Assembly (NCBI GenBank): GCA_043228905.1
Contig: JBHGNT010000013.1
Coordinates: 16,306,001 to 16,370,000, forward strand
DNA: 64,000 nucleotides
Reading direction: 5' to 3'
DNA from: Azolla caroliniana
Taxonomy: Eukaryota; Plantae; Polypodiophyta
A program made the position numbers and the translations under genes. Position 1 is the stretch's first letter. Each line of letters opens with the position of its first letter. Under the pieces are notes generated by a model. The model made no database searches. It was not told the origin of the DNA and saw only the letters and a program-made list of their open reading frames with translations. Shown piece by piece: positions 26,710 to 39,800 of this stretch.

Positions 26710-28898
26710 ATCTCTGTAGTCTCTCTCTCTCTCGCAGTAATGGAGGCAGAGCTTAGCGAGTATATGGAGACCTTAAATCTTCGTGCACCTGAACAGGCTG
26801 GCTTTAGACGAGCCTTTTCCACTATTGACCATATCTTCACACTTAGATGCTTAATTGACCAGACTAAGGCTCGCAAGAAGAAACTATATTGTTGTTTTGT
26901 GGACTTCTGCAAAGCCTTTGACACGGTCCCTAGAGAGTGGTTGTTGGATAGGCTTAAGAGCTTGAGGATACCAGATGACATGGTTTGGGCCATCTACGCA
27001 CTATATGAACAAGTGTCCGGGTGTGTTCGATGCCCAGGCGGCATATTCGATAGTTTCACTAGCACTATTGGTGTAAAACAAGGTTGCCCCTTATCTCCGA
27101 CTCTTTTTGGGATCTACATTGATGAGATCACAGATTTTATTGCTCGTAAGGGAGGCAATGGAGTAGTCCTTGGGGATACGCAGGTGCGTATCTTGCTCTA
27201 TGCAGATGACAAAGTTTTGCTCTCTGAATCCGAACACGACCTACAAAGGCACCTTAATGCCTTAGATGACTTTTGCACACAACGAGGATTGGTAGTGAAT
27301 CTAGGGAAAACTAAAGTCCTTATCTTCCACACGTTGGCCCAAGTTAGAGCTAAGTGTCACCTAACTATCTCCCATAGCCCAGTTGAGGTGGCTAGATCAT
27401 ATGTCTATCTCGGAGTCACTTTCAATGCCCGCTCAGGTAAATTTTCGATGACACAAGCAGCGAAGGATAGACTTACAAGAGGACATGCATCCCTCTCACT
27501 CCTCGAGAGACATTAATAACCTCCCCCCCCTTAAGTACGACCACACGACTGATAACACTTTAATCTCTCATGAGGACCGTAATAAAGTAATACGCCAAGA
27601 AATATGGCAAATTTATACTCGGTATAAATGGATCACCCCACTAGAGCCACTCCCATCTAAAATGGCGTACAATAAGGAACACTTTATGCACTTCTCTGAG
27701 TTAGGTTTTATCACGCGCCCAAAATATCTAGATGTATTCTTACCACATGCACTAAGGGTTGCCATTGGTCAACTTAGAATATCATCTCACCAACTTGAGA
27801 TTGAGAATGGACATACTAATGGAGTCCCTAGGGAGGAAAGGATATGTAGGTTATGCCACATAGAGATAGAGGATGAGTACCATTTTACATGCAAATGCCC
27901 CACCTATGCCGAGATAAGGGCAAAATACCAAGACATACTTGGTTCCTCTCCCACCCTCCCTAAACTATTAGATACACTAGATATAAAGAAATTAGGTAGA
28001 TACATCTTAGAATTGAAACAACACAGAGAGAATAAATTACAAAACGTGGATAATAATGTTGCTAATGTTTACCAACATATAATAAATGAAGTTTTTCAGG
28101 AACAGGGGGAGACAATGAATGTTGACACACCTGCACCACTCGGACTTTTCCTTGATGAAGCAGAAAATCAAAGAAGAACCAAACGCCCTCGGATGTCGGG
28201 TTTCAAAGCAACTTGACAAGATGTAGAAGCAATAAAGAAAATAAGGGAACGTGAACTACACCGCCTAGAAGCCATGGCTAGGGCACTCTATGCATCAGGA
28301 CCATGGGTCACACCCACACCAAAAACTTTTGACCTCCCACTTCTTTTTGAGAGACTTGGGTGGAAATGAGATTAGGCTTAGTGCAAAGTTTTGTACAATA
28401 CTAGAACTTTCTTAGCTTAAGCTATTTTCTTTTATTTTAGTTTTGATGATTGGATAAACACTCATTTTTGTTGTAACCCAATCGTCTCATGGGCCAAATT
28501 TGGCCTTAGAAGACGTTAATATATCTTTCTTTCTTTCTTTCTTTCTCTCTCTCTCTCCTTATATGTTGTCTCCCTCCCTCTCCCTCTCTCTCCATGTCTG
28601 TGTAGTTCTCCCTCCCTCCCTCTCTCCCTCCCATCGTCTGTTTAGTCTCCCTCACTCTCTCTCTCTCTCTCTCTCTTTCCCCTTGTCTGTTGTCTCTTCC
28701 CCTCTCTCTAAAGTTTATAAATGGCTTAAACAGTTTAGCCGGCTTGAGCCGGTTTGGCGAGGCTCAAGCCGAGCCGAGCCGAGCTCAAACCGTTAAGGCA
28801 AGTTCAAGCCTAAACCGAGCCGAGCCGAGCCGCCAAGCTGTTTTCGAGCCGGCTAAGCCAAACGGTTTAGGCTTGAGCCGAGCCGTTGCCGATCCCTA
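26326..28898. mobile_element. Non-autonomous hAT-type DNA transposon with a nested LINE
   Basis: TIRs TAGGGATCGGCAACGG (26326) and CCGTTGCCGATCCCTA (28898). 8-bp TSD TGAACGAC / CGAACGAC, differing by one CpG transition. Subterminal GAGCC and AAACCGG repeats, CT-rich core. Confidence 0.9.
26734..28543 (+). mobile_element. 5'-truncated non-L1 LINE (RTE-X/L2-like) inserted in a (TC)n tract; RT plus C-terminal CCHC domain, decayed
   Basis: ORF 26740-27516 has QAGFRR, FVDF.KAFD, GVKQGCPLSPTLF, LLYADD and YLGV. ORF 27485-28216 has LRISSHQLEIE.G...RICRLC...EDEYHFTCKCPTY and continues past an in-frame TGA to ~28369. 3' palindrome GGCCAAATTTGGCC, (TTTC)n tail, and flanking (TC)7 at 26720-26733 and 28544-28557. 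Confidence 0.88.
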
Positions 28899-31800
28899 CG
28901 AACGACCGACGAGTAAGTTTGCCCAACCCCACCGTTCAATCCACCGATGTGTAACGGCGCTGAGAATTGGTCTCAATGTACACTTGATTCTCAGCGCCCT
29001 TACACATCAGTGGATCGAACGACCGACGAGTGAGTTCGCCCAACCCCCCCGTTCAATCCACCGATGTGTAAGGGTGTTGAGAATTGGTCTCAATGTACGC
29101 TTGAGAAAAAGACGAACAATAATCCTAAAAGCTCGCAAAGAAGAAAACCTTGACCTCTCAAATGAAATCCTAAAGTTTGAAGAAGAAGAAGATTAAAAGA
29201 AAAAACTCATAAGACCTAAAGTTCTAAGAAGAAGAGAAAAAAACCCCTAATGGTACGTGCCAAGACACAAAATAGGCGGCCCCCTAACGGTGTACTCTCT
29301 AAAGACAAAATGAGCGAGCTCCTAATGGTACACTCCTGAACCAAAATGAGCAACCCGAAGTAAGCCATGTTGTCCTCTTTTTATAGAGAAAAAGAGGCGC
29401 TTAATTTCAACATTAAATGTGCTTATTCCCTATCTTTGTTCGGAAAAGAAAAAGGAATAAATAGTCCTTAATCAGAATTGTGCTAATATAGAATCAAAAT
29501 CTATACCCATAGTACAAAATCTATGGCTCTCCCTTTTTCCACTTCTATCTTTGGCCATCCACATCACAACAATGTGTCATGTCGTATCGTATCGTGTCCC
29601 AACTTGTATATCTTTGCATCACCATACTTTCACCCACATAAAATTTTCATATTTACATATATTTCAATGGATGTGAATGGACCCTCTCTTTTCTGCTTCC
29701 TACCTTTGGCCACGCCACATCACGACAATGTGTTGTGTCGTATCGTATCGTATCATATTGTACCGTATCATGTCCCAATTTGCATGTCTTCGCACCGCCA
29801 TACTTCCACCCCCCATATACACTGCGTTGTCCACATTCCTATCGTCATTAAACAAACCCTTGAAGATCCCAAGGTTGCTCATGTATCGGATAACACCCTA
29901 AATATGTTGAACGATGTGCACATTCTACCTTCATCTCGATGTGAAACGAATCTACATTTTGCAAAACTAATCGTTATACGTGACTATAGCCCTGTATTAT
30001 TGCCCTCAAGTATCTAAATTTGCATGCATTCCTCTTTTGAATTATAAATTAGTCAATCGTTGGGGAATACTTATTTATTCTTATTTATCACATGTCTACC
30101 CTACGAGGTTGCACTCGAGGAAGGATGTATCCTCACATGCTTTATTTACAAACATGTCAATGTTTGGAAAGTATTTGTGATGTTCGGATTCGACGTCAAC
30201 ATTTGCCAATATGGACTTGTGTCTTGCATTCGACAATATCAATGGGGATAAGCCCATTAATTGGAGGATAAAAATGTCTTCCTTTCGGACCTCACTAAGC
30301 AACAATATTACATGTATCCTTTCTTTTTGTTATTGTGTACAATTTGATGTTTGGATGTTATTTGTTATATTGAATCTTGTTAACAATGGCAAGCATCAAG
30401 CCTGTAAGATGAATTTAGATAAGCACTTTAACATAGGCATTTTGGTTCATTTCAAAATATAAACATGAAAATTAGGGATTCATGTTGCTGTTGGATTGGC
30501 CCAAGCAAGAAGCATCTTGAATTTAGTCAAATCAATTGGACAAGCCCTAAATTAGGGCAACTCTTGCCCTTTGGTAATGACACAATCACTCATTTACCCA
30601 TTAAGACATATTATTCCTAATTTGTTTATACAAAATAGGTTCATACATAAAAATGTCAACAAAATAATGGGGGGAGGAGGAAAAATAAGAAGCTTCGCTC
30701 AACGTTTTAAGAGAACAAATTATTAAGGACAACCCCGACTTAAATATGGGGTTTTGTAAGCTCGTATTCAAATATAGGAAGGTTCATTGAAGGAAACGTT
30801 AACATAAATAAGATTGGAAAAGGATCTATCTTATTCATGTTAAATCCTAAAATAAGAAGAGTTTATATTCATCCCTTGAACGACCAACCCATAGAAAATT
30901 CAGATGTAGAAAACACTTCAATTCGTACATAGAACTCATTGGGTTGCCATGTATGTACTTTCAAGCGATCCATATTTGTTAGTTCATCATAATTATGATA
31001 TTTGTACCCCAATTGTACTACATTTGTACTACTACATTTGATATTGGTTGCACTTCGTTGATGGCTAATTGGTAGCAAACTAGCTATGACTTTTCATTAT
31101 TGATGCAATGTTGACGATTCGTAAAATTGTCTTTAATTTATACGAAAGTGGTTTTCTTCAACTAATGATTGTTGTATACCATATGGTTGTGCATACTTAT
31201 GGATCGATGACCAATCCATTGTTTGAATGTCATGATTCACACGAAAGATAAAATTTCAAACCTTTAGGATTCTCAGCATTTACACATAAATCGAGATTAT
31301 TCTAAAAATTCAACATACTCACAAGAAATATATCTAAAAGACCTTTTTCTAAGGGAAATTGATGCCGCCCAAGGGTAAGGAGATTGGCCAACATCAACAA
31401 TCTTCTCCAACCAAGAGTCACACCAAAATGAAAATATTGCACTTGTGCCCGTTAGTTGACCACGGCTTTTTTCTCTCTAGTGACCTCTCATGGATTCTTT
31501 GGTTTCTTTCCTTCACTCAAAGCATCCGTGACATCAAAGAAAGGTGGTACCATGGCAAGCATGGAGAATATTGACTTTAGAAGAAATTATATACGAATGG
31601 TAGTACCATAATGTACACCTAAAATTGAATTGGTCGGTGTGTAAGGAAACATGCCAAGATAGGCAATGCGAGTACAAACTTGAAAAGAAATCATATATGA
31701 ATGATAGTACTATAAAGCGTGGCGGCCAAGTACTAGTGTGACCTTGTCCATGAGGACACAAACAAATTGAAACTCGTAGTAACTTGATGTGAGCTCATCC

Positions 31801-32274
31801 TCTAGATCATATTGTGTTAGAATTTGGTGGAATTCGAGCCTTGAGACTTCTTTGAAGATATTTTAAAGATTTCTTTAAGGGTTACAATTAGAACTTTCGT
31901 AGAAGAAGTATAGCCTTGTGACATCCCGATTCAAGTTTTTCCCCAAAGTTTTTTGCAAGCCTTGTGTCATATCTAATCGAGGTGACGACACATTGACAAT
32001 TAGTGAGAGTAATAAAGGTGTAAAATTGGAAGAAATGATAGAACTAAATTGCATTGAATGCCTGTTTGCTAGTGTCAAACACACATAAATCTTATTATAT
32101 GCGCAAAAGAACAGCTTAGGTGCATTAAATGTTGCATAGGATTGATCCGTTGTAACTTGTTAACCGTATTTGAGGAAAAGGTTAAGAAATTTTGAGAGTA
32201 GAGGTATGAGGATATTAATTTTACATCGTATTGTGTTTCTTCATATGATTATTGTTATTTGAGAGAAAAGGCTA

Positions 32275-32412
32275 AAACAAAGTCCTTGTTGCATGTGCCA
32301 ACGACATAGGTAGTTAAGGTGTAAATAATTGATTTAGTAACAATGGTTGCCTTCTTGTTAATATTACGAGAAGTACCATTGGTCGTTGGCACATGCAACA
32401 ACGACTTTGTTT
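32275..32412. repeat. 31-bp inverted repeat with a 76-nt spacer
   Basis: AAACAAAGTCCTTGTTGCATGTGCCAACGAC (32275-32305) vs the reverse complement of 32382-32412: 30/31 identical. Confidence 0.85.
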
Positions 32413-33852
32413 CCTCCACTATACAAATAGTTTTGAGTTGAACTTTCTTTGATGTTTGATTTTTTATGAGTGCAAGAAATGAGATGAGTAAACTTACACT
32501 AAGCCGCATTCAAACAACATTAAGTCTGAACGTCCTAACGTATCGTGGCTATAAACGCATTGACCATGTGGTTATAAATGTATTGACTGTATAATAACGA
32601 AAGCATTGACATATAATAATTTGCCATATTTGGATATCATTATAATTATACTTTATGTGAAAATGATAGGTTGTGATTCTACAATATGGCATTATCACAT
32701 AGAAAGACTATTGTAGCTAAAATGTAGACATATAGCTATGCCTATTTGGATATCAATAATATAAGGATGCTTTTATGTGTAAAATTATGCTTTGTTCATC
32801 CACAATATGGAAATATGAGACAGAATAACTTATACACAAACAAATGCTTAGCACATTTACATTGCAAGTAGTATATGTGCACTTGAACATGTGATGCTAT
32901 AGTAGAATTTACCCAACCCATGCAAAACCTTGTAATCCAAAATGTCATTGAAACAAGTAATGTTGGAACCATGTAACAATACCTAAAGCTCTACAGCGTG
33001 ACTGAAACGTTCCATCTAAAAAGAGGCTCGTTGAACATGATTAAACAGGGGCACATTTCAAGAGTAGACTATACAAGAGACCAAAGAAGCTCAGGTCCCC
33101 GAAACACGCGATCGATGGGGTCTAGTGCATCGCGAAGCAAGAAAAGCGGCATTATGAAAGGTAGTAAAAAAGGTTGGGGGAGTGGAAAGGTCAAATGTAC
33201 ACACATAGACATTGACGACGGAGGCAACACAAAATAATGGCATGGTGCATGATAGGAGGTGGGTGGCGCAAAGTAATAGCAAAGTATGAAGGGTCACATT
33301 CAATATACATATACATATAATACACACATGTGTGTGTGACAAGAAGTGTGTGTGAATGTGTTATATTGGGTCAACTAACCAACTAACAAAACTACCATAG
33401 GCATGTGCATATACCACCCCCCCCTCAATCCCCAACATTGGAGCAAGCAAAAGGTTTTGAGACATTTTTACATACAAAAACAAAGCGAGGCATACAAAAG
33501 GATCTAGGCTTCTAGCTATTCATAGAAGAGAGGTTCTCTATAAACATTATATATACCTATCAATCTCTCCTCCTCCTTGATACATAATATATTGTGTGTG
33601 TATATAGAGAGAGACAGCTAGAGAAGGAGAGAGGTATAGATACATACACATGCACACACACATATATATATATGATATATCTATACACACACACACACAT
33701 ATATTGAAGAGACAAGCCATAGATTACCCCTACACATACCAATAATTAGTTATACCCAAACCTAGTAGCAATCTAATCAATTTAATACCATCATTTTGAT
33801 CCTTTGTTTTTTTTTACACACCATTTGATCCTTGTTTTTGTTTACCCATCCC

Positions 33853-36800
33853 ATGCCTCCACCAAATCCACCTCCACCTCCACCTCCACCTCCTGCCTCC
33901 GCCGGACTTAGTAGTAGCTCCGCTAGATTCGGAGCCGGCCCCCATGACTTGTCGGCCACCGCCGACTCGTGGCGGAGCTGCTTCTCGGAGCAGGACTCCA
34001 TCCACCCGAACCATTGCCTCAACCATAGCTACGCGATTTCGCCGCTGAGCGCGAGCGGACGATTCGATTACGGCACACGGCCGGCCGGCCATAATGTGGG
34101 CGCGCGCGTTCATTTCGACCAAACTGTCGGCATTGATGGCCACCCGAAGGGTCGGTTTCGGCGAGTCAATGAAGGAGATGGAGGTGGTGCCCCGCAATCC
34201 TCCTCCTCTTCCTCGGTCGGCTTAATTCGAGGTAGAGATGAGAATCAAGAGGAGGAGGAGGAATTAGAGCAGTATGTGGAGGTGACATTGGACGTGCACG
34301 ATGACTCAATCCGCGTGCGAGGCGTTTCGGATCCCTTTAACCTTTACGCGAGTGGTGGTGGCAATACGGCCGGACACCGCCGGCCACCGCCCCTCGTGGT
34401 GGTGGACGAGCGCCCCGAATCCACGCTCTTGGCCATCGACTCGGAGAAATCGTCCGCGACACCCGTGTCGTGCCGTGGCGGAAAATTGGTGTCGCCCGGC
34501 CAGGGCTCGGCTTCGTTGCGGCGTAACGCGTCCGCTCGCATCAAGGCCTACTCCCAGGATCTCAGGAATGAGCTAAGAAGGCTGAGCTCCACCTTCAGCA
34601 ATTCTAGCATAACTTCCCGCCATCATCACCTTCATAGCGGAAACCCGCATGACCTTGCGCCCGATGATGATAACGTCCGCTTGGGTGAGGCCAGTTGTCG
34701 TGACGAGGAGAACGAGGACTCGGAGTCGAGAATAGGAGGAGGTGGCAATGTGGACCGTGTGCGCACGCGCACGCGGCCGGCCAAGCTCGACCGGACGAAA
34801 TCGGCGGCCCAACAAGCTCTCCGCCGCTTGCGTTTCATAACCGAAGCCACCGGAACGGGCACGAGCCCCGATTCCGAGTCATTGTGGGCAACCGTTGAGG
34901 CCCGATTCTCAGAGCTCGCGTCACCTGAAGTCGAAGCAGGCGGCCATAGTGTGAAGATCCTTTCGCGCTCGGATTTTGGCGCTTGCATAGGTACCCAGGA
35001 TTATATATATATATATATATGTATGCATAGTGCGAACCCAAACCCAAAAGCCAAAGCTTGATTTATGCTCTTGATGAGCCACTTCACATTGTGGTATTAA
35101 GTTATGGTGTTTTTTATGAGTTTATGATTTAAGGCTGTGCTAAATTCTTTAGGTATGAAGGAGTCCAAGGAATTCGCAGGCGAGCTGTTTGATGCGCTGG
35201 CCCGCAAGAGAGGCCGCCACGAGAAGGTGCTGGGCATTACGGTGCAAGAGCTTCGCGACTACTGGATCGAGCTCACCGACCAAAGCTTCGACAATCGGCT
35301 CCAGCTCTTCTTCGGAATGTGAGTACATAATAATAGTACATAATAATCTGTCTATGTCTATATATCATGAAATTGATCTCAAAATTAAGTAATTACAATA
35401 AGATTCATGATCTGGGCGGGAAATTTTGAACAATTTATATTGATCAATTCATCGGATGAATTACATAACGATTTAGGGTGGATCGAAATGCTGACGGCCG
35501 CATCACCAAGGCCGAAGTTGTGGAGGTAATGACAGATTTTTCATATATACTATGGTCACAAATTACAATATATATCAGCTATTCATTAATGTATAGTTTT
35601 TTGTTTGCTTGCTTGTTAATTGCAGCTCATCAAGTTGAGTGCTTCTGCCAATAGGCTGTCTAAGCTGAAAGAGCAAGCAGAAGAGTATGCAACACTAATC
35701 ATGGAAGAGCTCGATCCCGACAATCTCGGATATATCGAGGTTATAATCGACAATCATCATGACATTATTATACACAAGTTTTTTATTTAAGAAAACAAAA
35801 TCCATCAATTATATTATTGCACATTGTTAATCAAAGTTAAATATTATGATGCCATTTGTGATTAGTTTAATGGATATCATCAATTCATGATAATAAGCTC
35901 TTATCTCTTTCTATCTCTTTCTATACACATACACACTACAGCTATGGCAACTAGAGTCATTGTTCCTACAAGGCCCAACTGGCTACAACATGAACCATTA
36001 CTACTACAGCCAGAACTTGAACTACAGCCAAGCATTGAGCCAGGGTCTCGTGTCCCCACGGCCACGCGGCTGCTTATTCACGGCCAGGCGGTACAGCTGC
36101 CGGGCCCGCATGTACATGCTCGAGAACTGGAAGCGCGTGTGGGTGCTGGCCCTTTGGGTTTCCGTGATGGCCGCCCTTTTCTCATGGAAGTTCGTCCAAT
36201 ACAAGCGGCGAGCGGTTTTCGAGGTGATGGGCTATTGCGTAAGCACCGCCAAAGGGGCGGCCGAGACGTTGAAGCTCAACATGGCCCTCATCTTGCTCCC
36301 CGTGTGCCGTAACACCATCACGTGGCTCCGCAACACGAAGCTCGGCACTGTGGTACCGTTCGACGACAACCTCAACTTCCACAAGGCAAGCAAGCTCTCC
36401 ATGAAGCATGTAGAACATAATTCTTGTTGGGGAGAGGGGACACAATTTTCCATTAATCTTTTTATCGTAATTAGCTTACCCTAATGATAATGTAGGGGTT
36501 AAACCCATGACCTCCCTATCTCCATTGGGCAACCTTACCAACTAAGCTACATCAATTTGAGACACATTAGTACATTGAATTGAGACTCATGAATTATGTT
36601 AGGGAAAGGGGACATATAATGTAGGGGTTAAACCCATGACCTCCCTATCTCCATTGGGCAACCTTACCAACTAAGCTACATCAATTTGAGACACATCAGT
36701 ACATTGAATTGAGACTCATGAATTATGTTAGGGAAAGGGGACACAAATCTCCCTCTTTCTTTTTTTATGGTAATTAGCTTTACCCTATTGGTAATCCTAT

Positions 36801-39800
36801 GACCTTGACCTTACAACTTAGCTACATCCATCTAGCCTCTCTCTCTCTCTCTCTAGTTTTGGACAATAAAATCCAATACCTTGATTCATAAATGGCCCTC
36901 TAGAAAATGTTCAATTTAACATATCATCCATAACCCCCTTGTCTAATCGAAACTAAAGTAAACTGAACTAGAAATGTCTCGACATTTACACATACAGACG
37001 ATCGCGGTCGGCATTGCGGTCGGTGTCCTCGTGCATGCAGGCGTCCACCTCGGGTGCGATTTCCCAAGAATCCTAATCGCCCCCGACGAGAAGTTCCAAA
37101 GAATTCAAGATGATTTCCATTACAGGAGGCCGACCTATACCTACTTCATGTGTAGTGCGGAAGGTGTCACGGGGATCATCATGGTTGTGTTGATGTGCGT
37201 CGCTTTCACATTGGCCACACGATGGTTCCGACGTAGCTTAGTCAAGCTACCGAAGCCATTCCAACGTCTCTCGGGGTTCAATGCCTTTTGGTTCTCCCAT
37301 CACTTGTTCATTATAGTCTACATTTGCCTCATTATACATGGATGTCTCCTCTTCTTCGCACATGATTGGCACCAGAAAACGGTAAAACCATATCCCATTA
37401 GACCACACATATAGATTTTGTACATGTAAGCTAGAATTCTTATTTATTGCATCGTGTTGTTGTTAGACATTCAAGTGTGGGCCCTAGTGTACAGGGATTT
37501 TCAAGAAACCTTAGCAAAAAGGAAGCTAGAAATTCTTATTTTTCACTAAGAAATTTTATTACATCGTTTTTGGGCTCTACTAATAGGGAGGACATGGCTG
37601 AATAAAATTCATGCATGGAAATATGTTGTACCCTCAATCACCTCCCAAGGAACGTTTTCTGATAAATGTTTGCACTTCTTGAACGTTCAGACTTGGATGT
37701 ACCTTTGCATTCCTCTATTGGTCTACATTGGGGAACGACTATTGCGTTTGTTTAGGGCCGGTTTCCAAGGGGTGAAAATATTGAAGGTAAAAATGTTGTC
37801 TAATTTCCTACTATAAATTTATGAGACATATTCATGTCATAAAGTGTTTTACAATCTTAGGCAATTCAAATGCTACGCATATGAGGTACATGGATATGTC
37901 ACAATCTGATGGTTACCAAACATTGCATTAATGTGTTAATGTAGGTGGCAGTCTATCCTGGCAATGTCCTGACTCTACATATGACTAAACCCCAAGGCTT
38001 CAAATATAAGAGTGGCCAATACATTTTCCTCAAATGTCCAGACATCTCTCCATTTGAATGGTAAGGCTTGGTTTCTTTGGATATTGTATGGCCACTACAC
38101 TTCATTGTTCCTATTACTTAAGATGCCCAATGTTGTGACTAGTATAAGTATCTCCATTTCCATAATTCTTTCATGTAGGCATCCATTCTCAATTACATCT
38201 GCCCCTGTTGATGCCTATGTAAGTGTGCACATTCGCACATTGGGAGATTGGACACAAGAACTAAAGAGGATTTTCTCAGAGGTGAATATATTAATATATG
38301 ATGTCAACTTAATATGGGTCATATTTATTTTCTAGAAGACATTGATAGTGATTTTAATGTATGTCAAACATTGTGGTAAACTCATACACATGACGTGTCA
38401 TATGCAGGTTTGTGAACCACCAATGGGAGGAAAGAGTGGTCTCTTAAGGAGGGATTGTTTCAATGGACCCCTTGGGGAACAAAATTCAATGCCTCGCATC
38501 TTACTCGATGGTCCTTATGGTGCTCCTGCACAAGACTACAAGAAGTTTGATATCTTATTGTTGGTTGGTCTTGGCATAGGTGCCACTCCATTCATTAGCA
38601 TTCTCAAAGACATGCTAAATAACTTCAAGATACATGAACAATCAGTAAGTGTACTATGAACTCGAGGGCAGTGACTAAAGTACATTGAAATAATTTGTGT
38701 TTGCAAAAATATTATGGCGAAAGCTAATATAAAAGAAGGGAAAAGACTTTCGTGACTGTGTGACCCCCTTTTTTTCCAAAAATATGTGACCCCTTTTGTT
38801 TTATTATTGTATCATGTAGGATTAATCTGACACATACATTCTTTTGACGGTCTAATGTTCTTTATATAAGTAGAGTCACTCTTAGTGACCACACTTGCAT
38901 CGTGATGAATAGTAAAGTTGAAGGAATAGGGATCATGCAATCATGATTGTTGATATCTACATATTCTTCAAGGTCTATTAGAGATATGCATTCTTTTAAC
39001 TAACACTATATCATCCTCATGTTCTTTTTACCATTCATGAATCTTAGTAGCCACATTGTCACTGAGAGCAATAATAAAGTGGAATGCATAAATGATCATC
39101 CACAAGCTTGATGCTAATATCATATTTGCATAGGTTAATACTTAGAGGTATACATTCTTTTAATGAAAGGTATTAAAATGCTCATGTTTTTTTTATCATG
39201 AAATACTCTTACCACCCACAATATCCCCATTGTGAGATTCAATAGTAATGTTGAAGGTAATAACAAGTAATCAAGTAAGAAGAAAGTAAAAAATAAATTC
39301 AATAGTAAGAAATTCAATGGTCCATATCTATAGTATAGTCTCAATTGTTGTCATGATCAAATCATTATCTCTATGTGAACATTCCACAAAGTAGTTATAC
39401 AATTAGATTGGCAAGTATCCTAGTTGGAGTCTATGGCTATTTCTTTCCATTTAAATAGGAATTCTTAGGAGTTGGGTTTTCTCAAATGTTGGTAGCGTTT
39501 ACATGATATTTACGTCAAGATCCTAATATCACGCTCAGAGCACCTCAAGAAACCACCTAAGAATTGGGTCTTTATGTTTCTTTTTTTGTTGGAACATCTA
39601 GTTTTCCACATGAGATGCGATCAATATATAACATCCTATTTTTGTGGGACGGTAGGAGTCGAGTAGTGGATCAACATCATCAACAAACAAAAAAGACTCG
39701 AACTCGTGGTGCAATGGTGGTGACGCTAGCGCGGGCCCTCGTGCGTACTTTTATTGGGTGACAAGAGAACAAGGTTCATTTGAGTGGTTCAAAGGCATTA

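Larger units (their letters stand above)
26285..29103. repeat. Two tandem 117-bp units, each a ~35-39-bp-arm hairpin; the first unit is split by the hAT element
   Basis: Arms 26285-26323 / 28933-28971 are reverse complements with 2 mismatches. The second unit has arms 28987-29021 / 29050-29084. Confidence 0.85.
26091..29727 (-). mobile_element. Probable old, degenerate solo LTR related to the element-C family; hosts the hAT and LINE insertions; left boundary uncertain
   Basis: Ends in CCACATCACAACA (29571) and again in CACGCCACATCACGACA (29727), the same terminus as the element C LTR at 62226. Shares a CCTC..TTTATAG...AAAAGA TATA block (~29374 vs ~61830) and carries internal tandem repeats. 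No clean TSD found. Confidence 0.45.

Noticed and set aside
28500-29196. ORFs 28500-28796 and 28690-29196
   Set aside because: They run across CT repeats, hAT subterminal repeats and the hairpin units, and are not a transposase.
36491-36554. Functional tRNA gene (also the LTR cassettes at 52940 and 61918)
   Set aside because: No complete cloverleaf or acceptor stem, so these are reported only as tRNA-like promoter remnants.
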